A stretch of DNA of 64,000 nucleotides from Eledone cirrhosa (lineage: Eukaryota), in the NCBI GenBank assembly GCA_964016885.1, contig OZ024741.1, positions 385,392,001-385,456,000 on the forward strand, in the 5' to 3' direction. This document shows positions 38,753 through 51,910 of the stretch, piece after piece. The position numbers and the translations under genes were made by a program. The notes under the pieces were generated by a model. The model ran no database searches. It was not told where the DNA came from and saw nothing but the letters and a program-made list of their open reading frames with translations. Every line of letters begins with the position of its first letter. Position 1 is the first letter of the stretch.

Positions 38753-39004
38753 TAATATTACACTCTGCTTATGAGGGAAACCAACCTTAGTATAACACCA
38801 CATACTACTATACTTAAACAGACCCACCTATGCATTGAATGTTCAAATTAGTGAATCAACATTAACATGAGGCTATATAATCCTTTCATTACTATATTTC
38901 ATATGATTTTCAAATTATTTTGAAAACGATCTAGAGTTTCGGGGGATTTAGTAATATAGTTAACTTTCTTGTTATTAATCTGGTGTTTGAAACTGTAGCA
39001 AAAT

Positions 39005-39460
39005 TCCATACTGTAAAGTGGTTTTATTGGTGACTCAACAAAAAGCACACAGTCCACACTGTAAAGTGGTTTTATTGGTGACACAACAAAAACCACGCAG
39101 TCCACACTGTAAAGTGGTCATGTTGGTGACATGACAAAAAGCACCCAGTCCACACTGTAAAGTGGTCATGTTGGTGACATGACAAACAACACCCAGTCCA
39201 CATTGTAAAGTAGTTGTGTTGGTGACATGACAAACAACACCCAGTCCATGCTGGAAATGCGGTTGGCATTAGGAAGGGTATCCAGTTGTAGAAGAAACCA
39301 AGCCAGAAACAGTTCTGTATGAACACGACACAGTCAACTGATCTGACTTAACTCACAACAGGACAACTCAACTGATCTGACTTGACTCACAACAGGACAA
39401 CTCAACTAATCCATGCTAGTCTGGAAAAATGTATAAAACAGTGGTGATGATGATGATGGT
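39005..39460 (+). mobile_element. SINE/RTE-UTR-type element with an expanded ~41-bp tandem array
   Basis: About six units of CCAGTCCACACTGTAAAGTGG..TTGGTGAC..ACAAAAA followed by GTTGGCATTAGGAAGGG and a (GAT)n tail. Confidence 0.75.
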
Positions 39461-40492
39461 AGAGTTAACAAAAATCCTTACATAAAATTATGATGGAATA
39501 TTTTAGATAAATATGAAAATAAATAGTTTGGTATCATAGAAACCAAAGTGGTCTGGTATCAGAAGAGTTAAGCTATTGGTCACTAGCATTTGACCATTTA
39601 TTAAAGTCTTTACCTTAGTTTACTGCAACTGTCTACTAGTAAAAAGTTACTGTAAATATTTGAATTAACAGACTTGCTTTTAGATATTTTCTGCTGAATC
39701 ATTACAGGATGTTAAGAATTTAAAAAAAAAAAAAGAATTGGTCTGTCTGTCAATTGTCACTTTTACTCCTTACTCTAAATAAGAAATTATTATCTGTTAG
39801 ACTCGCAGTGACTAACAACAGAATGTTTTAAGTCTGCGTGTTCTGACATATGCGTAGCTTGTGAATAAAAAATTCAAGGGGTTTCGCTGGCCGTGGTGAT
39901 CCCTGCCAAACATCTTTTGTAATGTATCGTTTTATTGGCTAATTTCATCGTCTTATTGGCTAATCAACCAATGAGAGTAATTGTTGCTCAAAACCATCCA
40001 CCACTTTGTTTGCACGTTTATTTATTATTTCACTTTTGAATCTTCCTCCTGTATTTCGTCGTTTATCATCAAAATATTTTTCTCATTTTGTTAATTTATA
40101 TATGATTTTTTAAATTTATATTAACTATTTTTTTTTTCAGTTCGTTATAACATGCTTAGAATATTGGTTGTATCATATTTACTTGTATATTTGTCCATAT
40201 TATTGTTCGTTTTATGTTAGATTATTTTTTTATTATTATATTAGACTATTTGTATGTAATATTTAATTTTTATTAATTCAACTATAACAATTATTATGTA
40301 AAATATATTTATTTAATATTGATTGTATTTTGTAGTTGTTTATATTAAAAGTCTGAAAATATTTTTATACATCTTACAATAATATTTATAAGATCACTTT
40401 AAATAATCTAATTACATTACAACGATAATTTATTATTAATATATATCATGTTTAACTAGAGTTATTACAAGCATTGCCTTAAAAAAATATTA

Positions 40493-40941
40493 AACTAGAC
40501 CTGAAAAATGTGCAAGCTTAAAAGAGCCACAGAATGTTATAATAAACCTTCAAAAGTGTGGGACTAGAGTTGTTGCTCAAAAATATTGTAATCATTATCT
40601 ATCGTACACTCTGTGGCATCCTTTTATAAAAAAGAGACTCATAACGAACTCAAGACAGCACAATAATTATTTAAGTGAATTTATAATATAGAATTCGGTT
40701 TAAGTGCATTTCGTATTAGTCATTACTAAACATCTAATATGAGATATTGAACATTAGCTTAAATAATTATCGTGTCGTCTTGAGTTCGTTATGAGTTTCT
40801 TTTTTTATAAAAGGATGCCACAGAGTGTACGATAGATAATGATTACAATATTTTTGAGCAACAACTCTAGTCCCACACTTTTGAAGGTTTATTATAACAT
40901 TCTGTGGCTCTTTTGAGCTTGCACATTTTTCAGGTCTAGTT
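40493..40941. repeat. Near-perfect fold-back, arms 40493-40675 and 40758-40941
   Basis: About 183-bp inverted arms with only a few mismatches and an 82-bp spacer; each arm ends in a small hairpin plus CTAG|T. Confidence 0.95.
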
Positions 40942-42083
40942 ATTATTATTGGTGGTGATGGCCACTATGATGTGGAGAAAACTGAAATTATGACCCACTT
41001 TAAATTCTTCAATACGGTATAACTATAATTACAGCTATGGAATGTAATCTGATACAGGTTGTTATATCAATACTTAACATATGTAAGCTGTATCCAGCAG
41101 ATTGTTTTTTTGTGGTGGATCTGGGTAATCTGTGTTTACAATACCCTTATAGGTGCAGGGATGAGTTCAAAACCACATAGTTTTAACTGAAAATGGATCT
41201 TCAGATTGAAATGGTTTCTGAACCCTGCTCAACAACCATCATATCTCTTCTTTACTTTTTACCATACACAACTTTATCTCATGTTTTCCACTGTAATTTA
41301 ACACTTAACATTATATATTTTTGGAGTTGTATTGGCTTTAATCATTATATACATAAATGCATGCATATATATATATACATATGTTCGTATGTACATGCAT
41401 ACATATATGTATGTATGTTTGTGTATCATAATCATCATCATCGTTTAAAGTCCACTTTCCATGCTAGCATGGGTTAGACAGGTTGTCCCATTTGAGGCAA
41501 GTTGGGTCAAGTGGCTTGCTCATATAGAACTGTTTCTGGTTAGATTTCTACAGCTGGATGCCCTTCCTAACGCCAACACCATTTACAGTGTGTGCTGGAT
41601 GCTTTTTGTTGTGATTCCTACACGACCACCTTACAGTGTGGGATGGGTGCTTTTTGTCGTGACTCCTACACAACCACTTTACAGTGTATATGTGTGTGTG
41701 TGTGTATTTGTTGTATGCAAACCATGCACACACAAAAGCAATAATGCATATCTATGAAATGCACTCTATCTGCACGCATAACAACACCCATGACACACCT
41801 GGACTCTCCACCTCGGCCCCCCACCCCTATATGCCAGACTACTCACCTACCACCTCAGCTTTCTTATAACTTTTTTTTCAAAACTCTAATGTTATCCCCC
41901 CCCCCCCTCTCTCTCTAAAATGTCAAACCCTCTTCTACTTCCTTCTAAGCGTGATACTAATAAGACTTCTATAAGAAGTAATGATAGAAATTTGGTAATT
42001 CATGCCACCATTTGCTTGTTAATTAAACTACAAATAAAAATATATTTTTTTTAATTCTAAATTTTCTCATGTTTCTGTTTCAG

Positions 42084-42158
42084 AATCCAAGAAGTTTTTC
42101 GAGATGTAGAGTATCATGTGTCATTTGTCAGTGGCAGTACCAATGTCTGTCTCCGAGT
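42084..42158 (+). CDS. VPS37A: VPS37A coding exon 2 (UEV-like region)
   Basis: tttcag acceptor; 75 nt encoding (K)IQEVFRDVEYHVSFVSGSTNVCLR(V), compare IAEIQKDVEYRLPF; gtaagt donor; phase 2/2 joins exons 1 and 3 in frame. Confidence 0.9.
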
Positions 42159-42443
42159 GTAAGTACTTGTCTTTCTTCTTTTCCTTTTCACTTCAAAAAC
42201 TCCAATAATTTCCTTTTCTCTTTCCATGAAAGGAATATACTGTTTTATATGGCAATATTAATTTTGCTACGCTGCTTTATATTGGTGCCAATCATATAAT
42301 GTTCCACTCTAATTGGTTAAACAACTCAACCTCACTATAATAATCATAATTCTAGAAATAAGATATCTAATCCATTCAGATTATTCTATAGGGAGGTTGT
42401 TTTTCAGTTGTTAATCTCTTAGTACTTCCGTAAAATCCCTTTT

Positions 42444-42490
<47 letters not shown>

Positions 42491-42904
42491 AACAACAAGC
42501 CTTTTTAAGGCCATTTCCTACTGACACATGTCAAAACTATATCACATGTAGCTGTATATCTGTATAAGTAGTCAATTTGGCAGAGTTATTAGAATGTTGA
42601 GTATTTGTTCCAGATGTTTGCGTTCTGAGTTCAAATCCCGCCAAGGTTCACTTTGACCTCCTTTCAGGATTGAGAAAGAAAGTACTAGCCCAGTGCTGGT
42701 GCAGCTCTCTCTCTCACGCATCCTGGATGTTCTCCTGGATCAAGAGAGGGAGAGTCGAGATGGTGTCTGCATCTGCTCACAACTGCATGGACACCTAAAA
42801 CACTTAGAGAAAGCATGGTAAATACTACCAAGTCATGCTCGATATTGAGTAATGACTGTAGTATATATAAACATATATATATAAACACACACATATATTA
42901 TATA

Positions 42905-42988
42905 TTTTTCGAGATATATAGTATCACATGTCATTTGTCAGTGGCAGTACCAATGTCTATCTCCGAGTGTAAGTACTTGTCTTTCTTC
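42905..42988 (+). pseudogene. Intronic partial duplicate of VPS37A exon 2 plus donor
   Basis: About 84 nt matching 42095-42178 with 5 substitutions; GAG changed to TAG; donor gtaagt retained. Confidence 0.85.
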
Positions 42989-42996
42989 AACAAATG

Positions 42997-44828
<1,832 letters not shown>

Positions 44829-45603
44829 CATCATCATCATCATCATCAACGTTTAACGTCCGTGTTCCACGCTTGCATGGGTTTGGACGGGGGTAGTCCC
44901 ACTTGAGGCAAGAGTGATTGTCTTGCTCGCATAGGACCGTCTGGCAGGCTTTCTACAGTTGGATGCCCTTCCTAACACCAACCACATTTACAGTGTGGGT
45001 CTGGGAGGTTTTTACCGTGTTGCCAACACGGCCACATTACAGCGTGGACTGTGTGTTTTTTTGTCGTGACACCTACACGATCTCATTTGTTTCGGCCTGG
45101 ATGGCGCGGCACCAACATAACTTTACATAGAACGGGGTGGTGTGGATGGGGTGGGGGTGGTGGCGGGATGGGGGTGTAGTTTGTTAGAGATGCCTACTGG
45201 CAAGGCGGGTCTTCTCTGTTACTGAGTACCGCCAAAGGTCACGGTCCAGTGACATTGTCTTGGAGAGGTGTAAGTGTGTGAGGTCGGAGTTTATCAGCTC
45301 ATCCCATGTTTTTCTAGGTCTGCCTATTCCGTGGCTACCGTCTATCTTTATTGCCCTGCACTTTGTAATACAGCTATCGACTTTCATGCGCATCACGTGT
45401 CCATACCAACGCAGCCTTCTCTCGAGTAAACAACATCTGATCCCTCTTATCTCTAATTTTTTCCTTAGTTCGTTTATGCTTTGCCGTTCACGTATATTAC
45501 TGTTACACATCCAGCGGAGCATGCAAGCTTCGTTCCTCTCTAGTCTGCGTATATCCTCTGCACACAATGCCCAGGTCTCACTACCATGCAACATTGCTGT
45601 TCG
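44829..45603 (-). mobile_element. 5'-truncated RTE LINE
   Basis: ORF 45184..45594 (MLHGSETW...GRPRKTW) plus 3' UTR and (GAT)n tail. Confidence 0.92.
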
Positions 45604-45767
45604 TATATATATATATCATCATCATCATATCATCATATCATCATCACTGATGAACGACCATATATAGTGTATGTGAATCAGTGAATTACTGGTGGTGGTA
45701 CTGATATAAGCACTCAAGCAGAGTGTATATATTATGAAAAACAATGAAGTTTCATTTACATGTCTTT

Positions 45768-45970
45768 ATGTTTTTATTGAGTATTGACCTGTTATGCGTG
45801 TTTCGCAGATGATTGGCTTAAAGACTCAACTCCATCATCGATCTGCTCATCAGACTGGTGATTCAATAGAAAATAAACTTTATTTTCTGTTGGGTTTATA
45901 ACTTCCATGGGTGACCTTGAGCCATTCATCTGTGAAATACACAGAACAGGTCAATACACAATAAAAACAT
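45768..45970. repeat. Fold-back (about 55-bp arms) carrying a hammerhead core on the minus strand
   Basis: Arms ATGTTTTTATTGAGTATTGACCTGTT.. and ..AACAGGTCAATACACAATAAAAACAT; minus strand CTGATGA-GCAGAT...ATCTGC-GAAAC. Confidence 0.75.
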
Positions 45971-45971
45971 T

Positions 45972-46390
45972 ACAGAAGACCCGCCTCCCCTACGTGCAAA
46001 GTTAACCTACAGTCGGTAGACCCCTCCAAACCAAATATACACCCCAACCCACTACCCCTACTCCATCCTCCCACTCCCGCCAACACCACCCTTTCTCTAT
46101 AAAGTTATGTTGGTACCACAACATCCAGTCCAAACTAATGAGATCGTGTAGGTGTCACGACAAAAAACACCCAGTCCATGCTGTAATGTGGTCGTGTAGG
46201 TAACACGGTAAAAAGTTCCCAGTCCACACTGTAAATGTGGTTGGTGTTAGGAAGGGCATCCAGCCGTAGAAAACCTGCCAGATAGTCCTATACAAGCGAG
46301 ACACAGTCACCCGACCAATCTTGCCTCAAGTGGGACAACGCCCGTCTAACCCATGCTAGCGTGGAAGATGGACGTTAAATGATGATGATG
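45972..46390 (+). mobile_element. RTE 3' UTR fragment
   Basis: Matches 30933-31325; similar fragments at about 52450-52778 and 59520-60040. Confidence 0.85.
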
Positions 46391-46761
46391 TAAATCAAAA
46401 GTTCTCAACTGGGGGCATATGCACCCCTAGGGAGCGTTTTGGAACAAGGGGGCATCAGGGGGGCACTGGAAGGCTCTTTACTTTGGTAAATTTTATAAGC
46501 CATATTTGTATGTCTCTGAGTCAGCCAGTGTGAATGCATTTGAATGAGTATGCAGACAGCATAACTATAGTCTGACCGCAGGTGTGCAGGCGTGTCTAAA
46601 CATTAACCGGCAATTGAGATCCTAAAAATGGAAAAAAACCCACAGTCAACTGGGTCAAGGACACTTTGAGCGCAGCCAGTTTGAATCTTGTCTTTGCTTC
46701 ACCGAAAACAATGCATTTCATGTCTGAAATTATTGACTCAACTGTAACGAGTTAACACTAT

Positions 46762-49266
46762 CATCATCATCATTTTACGTCCGCTCCTCCCTGCTCGCAA
46801 GGGTGGGACGGGTCTTATTCAGCACAGCATCTCTCCACCGTGAGCTTCAATGATCTGAAGTCTGTTCTCACCACCTCCGCCCATGTTTTTCGTGGTCTAC
46901 CTCTACCACGTCTTCCTTCAACTGGCACTTCTTCACCCATCGGTCATCCTCCATGCGCATCACATGTCCATACCACCTCAGTCTCCTCTCCCGTACACTA
47001 CATTCTATCCCTCTCAGACACAGTTTCTCTCTCAACACATTCATGCTGGGTCGTTCACGCACATTTACACTGCACATCCAACGGAGCATGCTTGCCTCAT
47101 TTCTCTCCAGCCGTCGCATATCCTCTACGGTTGCTGCCCATGTCTCACTACCATGCAGCATTGCGCTCCTCACACAGGCATCATACAACTGGCCTTTCGT
47201 ACGCAGGGAGAAACCCTTCTTCGTCAGCAAAGGAAGCAGCTCCCTGAACTTCTTCCAACCCGTCCTTATTCTAGATACTATGGCCTCGGAACACCCTCCT
47301 CCCATGCTAATCTGATCTCCTAGGTACCGGAAGCTATCCACCACTTCTATAGCACCCTCCTGCATTTGAAAAATGTGTCTATCAATGTGACCTCTACTGT
47401 CTAATTTCCCTGTACATCTACTGCATACATATTTCTCCCTACCTGTTAGTTTGCCTGCTATCCCGCTACATCTCTTGTGTACCCAGGATCTGCATTGTGT
47501 GCATTTTATAGAATTTATGCCAGTTCCTTTTCTGCATATCGAACATGGCCATTTCCCTGACGGAATCAGAGTTTTGTCCTCTTTTCTACTCATCAACACT
47601 TTTGTCTTAGCTAGGTTCACTTGCTTCCAACTGCTGTTTCCATAGCCAGAATTTATTCTCTAGCTCCTCTACTGATTCTGCTATAAAAACCAGATCGTCA
47701 GCATAGAGAAGTTCCCATGGACAGCCAGTCTTAAACTCCTCTGTTATGGCTTGGAGGACTATAATGAACAAGAGCGGGCTGAGGACCGAACCTTGATGTA
47801 CTCCTACTTGTATCTGGAATTCCTCACTAAACTCCATTCCTACCCTGACTTTACTGAGAGTACCTCTGTACAAAGTTCTCACTGTCCTCACAAGCCATTC
47901 CTCAACACCTAGTTTCCTTAGGGACCACCAGATGACAGATCGGGGTACCCTATCAAAGGCCTTCTCTAGGTCAACAAAGGCTAAGTATAGTGGCTTATTT
48001 TTCTCTAAGAACCTCTCTTGCAATTGTCTCACCAAGAAGAGGGCATCTGTTGTTATCTTCCCAGGCACAAAACCAAACTGCATCTCATCTATTTGACCCT
48101 TTCTCTAATTAGTTGTGCTAATATTCTTTCTGCCACTTTCATAACCTGATCCATCAGTTTTATACCCCGATAATTGCTCCTCTCCAGAGCATCCCCTTTA
48201 CCTTTGTAGCAATTTATGAGAATACTGCTGCATCAGTCTTTGGGTATGACACCACCATATATAGCCTGATTGATGATGCGTGCAACCAGTTTAGTGCCTA
48301 CGCCCCCTGATACCTTCAGCATCTCAGCAACTATTCCCGATGGTCCAGCAGCCTTACCATTTTTCATTTCCTTAATCGCCTCTTGGACCCTATATTCGTC
48401 AATCTCAATAGCTGGTCCCTCTGTCGGATCTACTAAGGTTAATTTCTCTCTCCCCCATTCGTTCTCCACATTCATCAGTCTCTCATAATGACATTTCCAG
48501 GCCTCCTTTTTCTGATCATTCGTGACACTAAGTACACCGGCATCATCCCGGACACATTTATCTGCAACAACATCCTGATTTGCATTGACACACTGCCTTG
48601 CAATGTGGAACACCGCACGCCTCTGATCTTCCCGTTGCAGAACATTGGCAAACCTCCCACTCTCAGCCTCTCTGCATGCTAAGTGCACCTGATGTCTAGC
48701 TTCTCTCTTAGCGGCTGTATATTCTCCCACCCTTTTTCCAAGCCTTCCATGCTAGTCTTTTGTCTCTAATGGCCTTATCTACTGTGCTGTCCCACTACCA
48801 GATCACTCTCTGTCTGGTTGGAGCTCTGCTCCAGCCACAAGTTTCATCAGTAGCCTGCAGCAAGTTGTTACGTAAGAAATTCCAGTTATTATCTATGTCA
48901 TACGTCTCTAAATCGTCTTCTTTTTCGTCATATACATCTTGAAGGGCTTTCCTAAATTTGTATTTTAGCGAAAGGTCTTTTAGCTTCCAGACCTTTCTTC
49001 TCCACACCTTCCTGTATGTCTCATTCCATCTCTTGTTTACTGAGATATCACTAACTCCTAACCTATGCTGTGGGGTACATTCTTCCCCAGGGTATGCCTT
49101 GGTATTAGACACTATCTGCCTGTTCCGCTGCCTAACTAATAAGAAGTCAATCTGGCTTATGTGCTCGCCAGATTTGTAGGTTATTAGGTGATTGGCAGGT
49201 GTCTGGAAGTTTGTGTTGCAAATAGTCAGTGTACTTGCATCACAAAATTCAAGAAATCTTACTCCT
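46762..49266 (-). mobile_element. RTE LINE (about 2.5 kb, 5'-truncated in the endonuclease) nested in hAT copy 2
   Basis: SQIDFLL, MKNGKAAGPSG, NYRGIKL, QFGFVPG, AFVDLEKAFD, GVHQGSVLSPLLF, LLYADDLV, PHD-like finger, FRYLG, (GAT)n tail. Confidence 0.95.
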
Positions 49267-49332
49267 TAGATCTATTTTATTCCCTATTGTATAAATAATA
49301 TTACAAATAAAAAAAGAAAAGAAAAAACACAA

Positions 49333-49610
49333 AAGCGGGTAGCACACATCTAGGACCACATACAACACATAAGCAGGTAATACACACATCTAGGACCACA
49401 TACAACTCATAATCAGGTAGCACACACATCTAGGACCACATATAACACATAAGCAGGTAATACACGTATCTAGGACCACATACAACACACAAGCAGGTAA
49501 TACATACAGCTGGGACCACATGCAATACATAAGCAGGTAATACATACATCTAGGACTGCATACAACACACAGGGAGGTAATACATACATCTAGGACCACA
49601 TACAACACAC
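49333..49610. repeat. 40-bp minisatellite, 7 units, inside hAT copy 2
   Basis: Unit approximately AAGCAGGTAATACACACATCTAGGACCACATACAACACAT. Confidence 0.95.
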
Positions 49611-51050
49611 ATTGTATCATGTGCTACGGATGACGCAAGAGCAATGGTCGGCCAACATAAGGGTTTCTTCACTCTTCTGAAGAGAGAAAATCTATCTGTA
49701 TTTGCTGTTCATTGTGTCATTCATCAACAACACTTGGCTGCGAAGAAACTCAGTGAGCCACTGAGCAAGTCCTTGCAGGTGGCCATTGATGTCATCAATT
49801 TTATCAAACACCATTCCCTCAATGAACAAAATTTTAGGCAACTGTGCCAAGATAATGACGAAGAATTCGTCAAGTTGCTCCTTCATACTGAAGTGAGGTG
49901 GCTTTCAAAGGGCAAGTGCCTTACTCACTTCTTTGAACTGTTCGACTCTATCATTGAGTTTCTTCGAGGACGCAACACTGAACTGTACAAGAAAACCCTC
50001 GATGTGAGGCAAGACTGCGCCTACCTCGCTAACACCTTTGACAAATGCAATAGCGTCATTATGGCTTTGCAGGGGAAGAAAATCACCTTGCTTAAAGCAA
50101 GGAATGCTGTGAAAACATTCCTGTCCAAATTGAATGTCATCGAAAGGAATCTTTGTTGATGGGAATTCTATAATTGTCCTAGTGTCGCCAATGTTCAAAA
50201 CATTGTAAGCGATGACCAACTCCAAATTTATACCACTCACCTCCGTGCACTACAAGATAACATGAGAGAACAGTTTGTTGACCTTTTGCTGATGGACATC
50301 CCAATGTGGATAGCAGATCCCTTCATAGCTACCGTCGACGATTTGGACGTTATATTTCAGGAAGAATTCATTGAACTTCAAGCAGATAACATGATCAAAA
50401 TTAGATTTCCCAAAATAAGTGAACCCCTTTTTTGGATGCAAGAGGAAATTCAGCGTCGATTTCCACTCCTACATGCAGAGGCTAAGAGATTTGCTCTGCC
50501 TTTACCAAGCTCACACTTAGTCGAGAGGGGGTTTGGTGCAACCGTTACAATGTAATTACACGTGGAGATCGCTAGTTACATCTTACGAAAATTCAGCCTC
50601 ATGTCAAAGAGTTAGCTAGACTCCATGAAGCTCTAGGATTCCATTGAAATGAGGTCAAAGTTAAAGTAAGCTGATTTATCCGAAAACTTGGATATGCTAT
50701 TGTTACAAAGCAAACAAACAATTTTTTTATTTGTAGTTGCAGTCTGACTGCAATTCACTTACTCATTTGTTGTATATATTTTACCATTTACTAATAAATA
50801 CACCCTCTTATATAGTCATGAAAACCCCCTTCCACAGTCTCTAAGCTCACAAAGAGGAGGGGACATCAAGTTAGATATCAACATTTATTCTGTCTGTTTC
50901 AATAAAAGGAAATTGGAAAGCTTTGAAATGATATAATTGCCACTTTCTTCCAGATAAGACCACTCTTTGGATAGACAGAGTTGCTCTTGTATAAATGTTC
51001 AAAATAGCTGGTATTGCTTGGTGGTAATATAACAAATTCAACTGGTCCTT

Positions 51051-51483
51051 CAGCAGCACCGTTTTACATCCGTTCTTCCATGCTAGCATGGGTTAGACGG
51101 GTTGTCCTGTTGTGGGCAGTGTCCGGTCAGCTGACCTTGTCTTGCTCATATGGGAACTGATTCTGGCTTGATTTCTACAGCTGGATGCCCTTCCTAACAC
51201 CAACCTCATTTACAGTGAGTGCTGGGTGCTTTTTTCCATGGCGCTACACGTCCACTTTTACAGTGTGGGCTGGGTGCTTTTTTTGCCGTGGCACCTCCAC
51301 AACCACTTTGCAGTGGAATGATAGGGACCCCAGTCCTATCATCTCATTTCTACAGCTGAGTAAACTGGAGCAATGTGAAATAAAGTGTCTTGCTCAAGGA
51401 AACAACACATTACCCGGTCCGAGAATTGAACTCACAACCTTTCAATTGCAAGCCCAATGCTCTAACCACTAAGCCATGCGCCT
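51051..51483 (-). mobile_element. tRNA-derived SINE nested in hAT copy 2
   Basis: Full head GGCGCATGGCTTAGTGGTTAGAGC; absent from hAT copy 1; TCCTT repeated at both junctions (51046-50 and 51484-88). Confidence 0.9.
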
Positions 51484-51795
51484 TCCTTATTCATAAAAAA
51501 GAACATTTATGTTCCTTTTTTTGAAATTTATATATTTCCTTTCAAGGAATGTATTTATACTCTCAGCTGCCTGCAATGGTATCTTTGGAATATTGTTAAT
51601 CAATTTTTTAGTAATCGACTGATATCAAAATCAGTAGTATATTGAAAAATGGAAAAATAGGGTAGGGGGCATTTCGTGATTTTGAGGGACAAATGGGTTG
51701 AGAACCTGTGGTCTAATACATAACTAGTAGTAAATATATTTTATTGAAATGAAAGTTTTCTGAAATGTTTCAAATCATCTCTTTTTCTTTTCTAG

Positions 51796-51910
51796 GTCTC
51801 TGCCACCCCAATTTCCACAGGAGAAACCAGTTGTTACTATACAACCTCCTGCCAAACATCCTTGGGTGGATTCCCAGTCTAAAGTTATTGGATGTCCTTC
51901 ACTAAATGAT
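51796..51910 (+). CDS. VPS37A: VPS37A coding exon 3
   Basis: Polypyrimidine tract plus tag acceptor; SLPPQFPQEKPVVTIQPPAKHPWVDSQSKVIGCPSLND contains the VPS37A hallmark LPPQFPQEKPV; gtaggt donor. Confidence 0.95.

Larger units (their letters stand above)
46396..51710 (+). mobile_element. hAT (Charlie/Buster-like) copy 2 with both TIRs, interrupted by an RTE and a SINE
   Basis: Left TIR CAAAAGTTCTCAAC at 46396, right TIR GTTGAGAACCTGTG ending 51710; ORFs 49644..50159 and 50262..50555 (HCVIH, EVRWLSKG, PSSHLVERGF); collinear with the reverse complement of 27917-30176. Confidence 0.9.

Noticed and set aside
41955-42005. Weak hammerhead-like strings (CTAATAA..GAAA here, and near 42800-42855)
   Set aside because: Core and stems are too degenerate or misaligned to distinguish from chance in AT-rich DNA.
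46388-46395. Target-site duplication of hAT copy 2
   Set aside because: The 8-bp flanks (ATGTAAAT and GTCTAATA) do not match; the left flank is probably overwritten by the adjacent RTE tail.
49333-49610. Regular 40-bp repeats (also 29636-29834 and 39005-39250) resembling a CRISPR array
   Set aside because: Units are contiguous with no unique spacers, there are no cas genes, and the context is eukaryotic transposon sequence.
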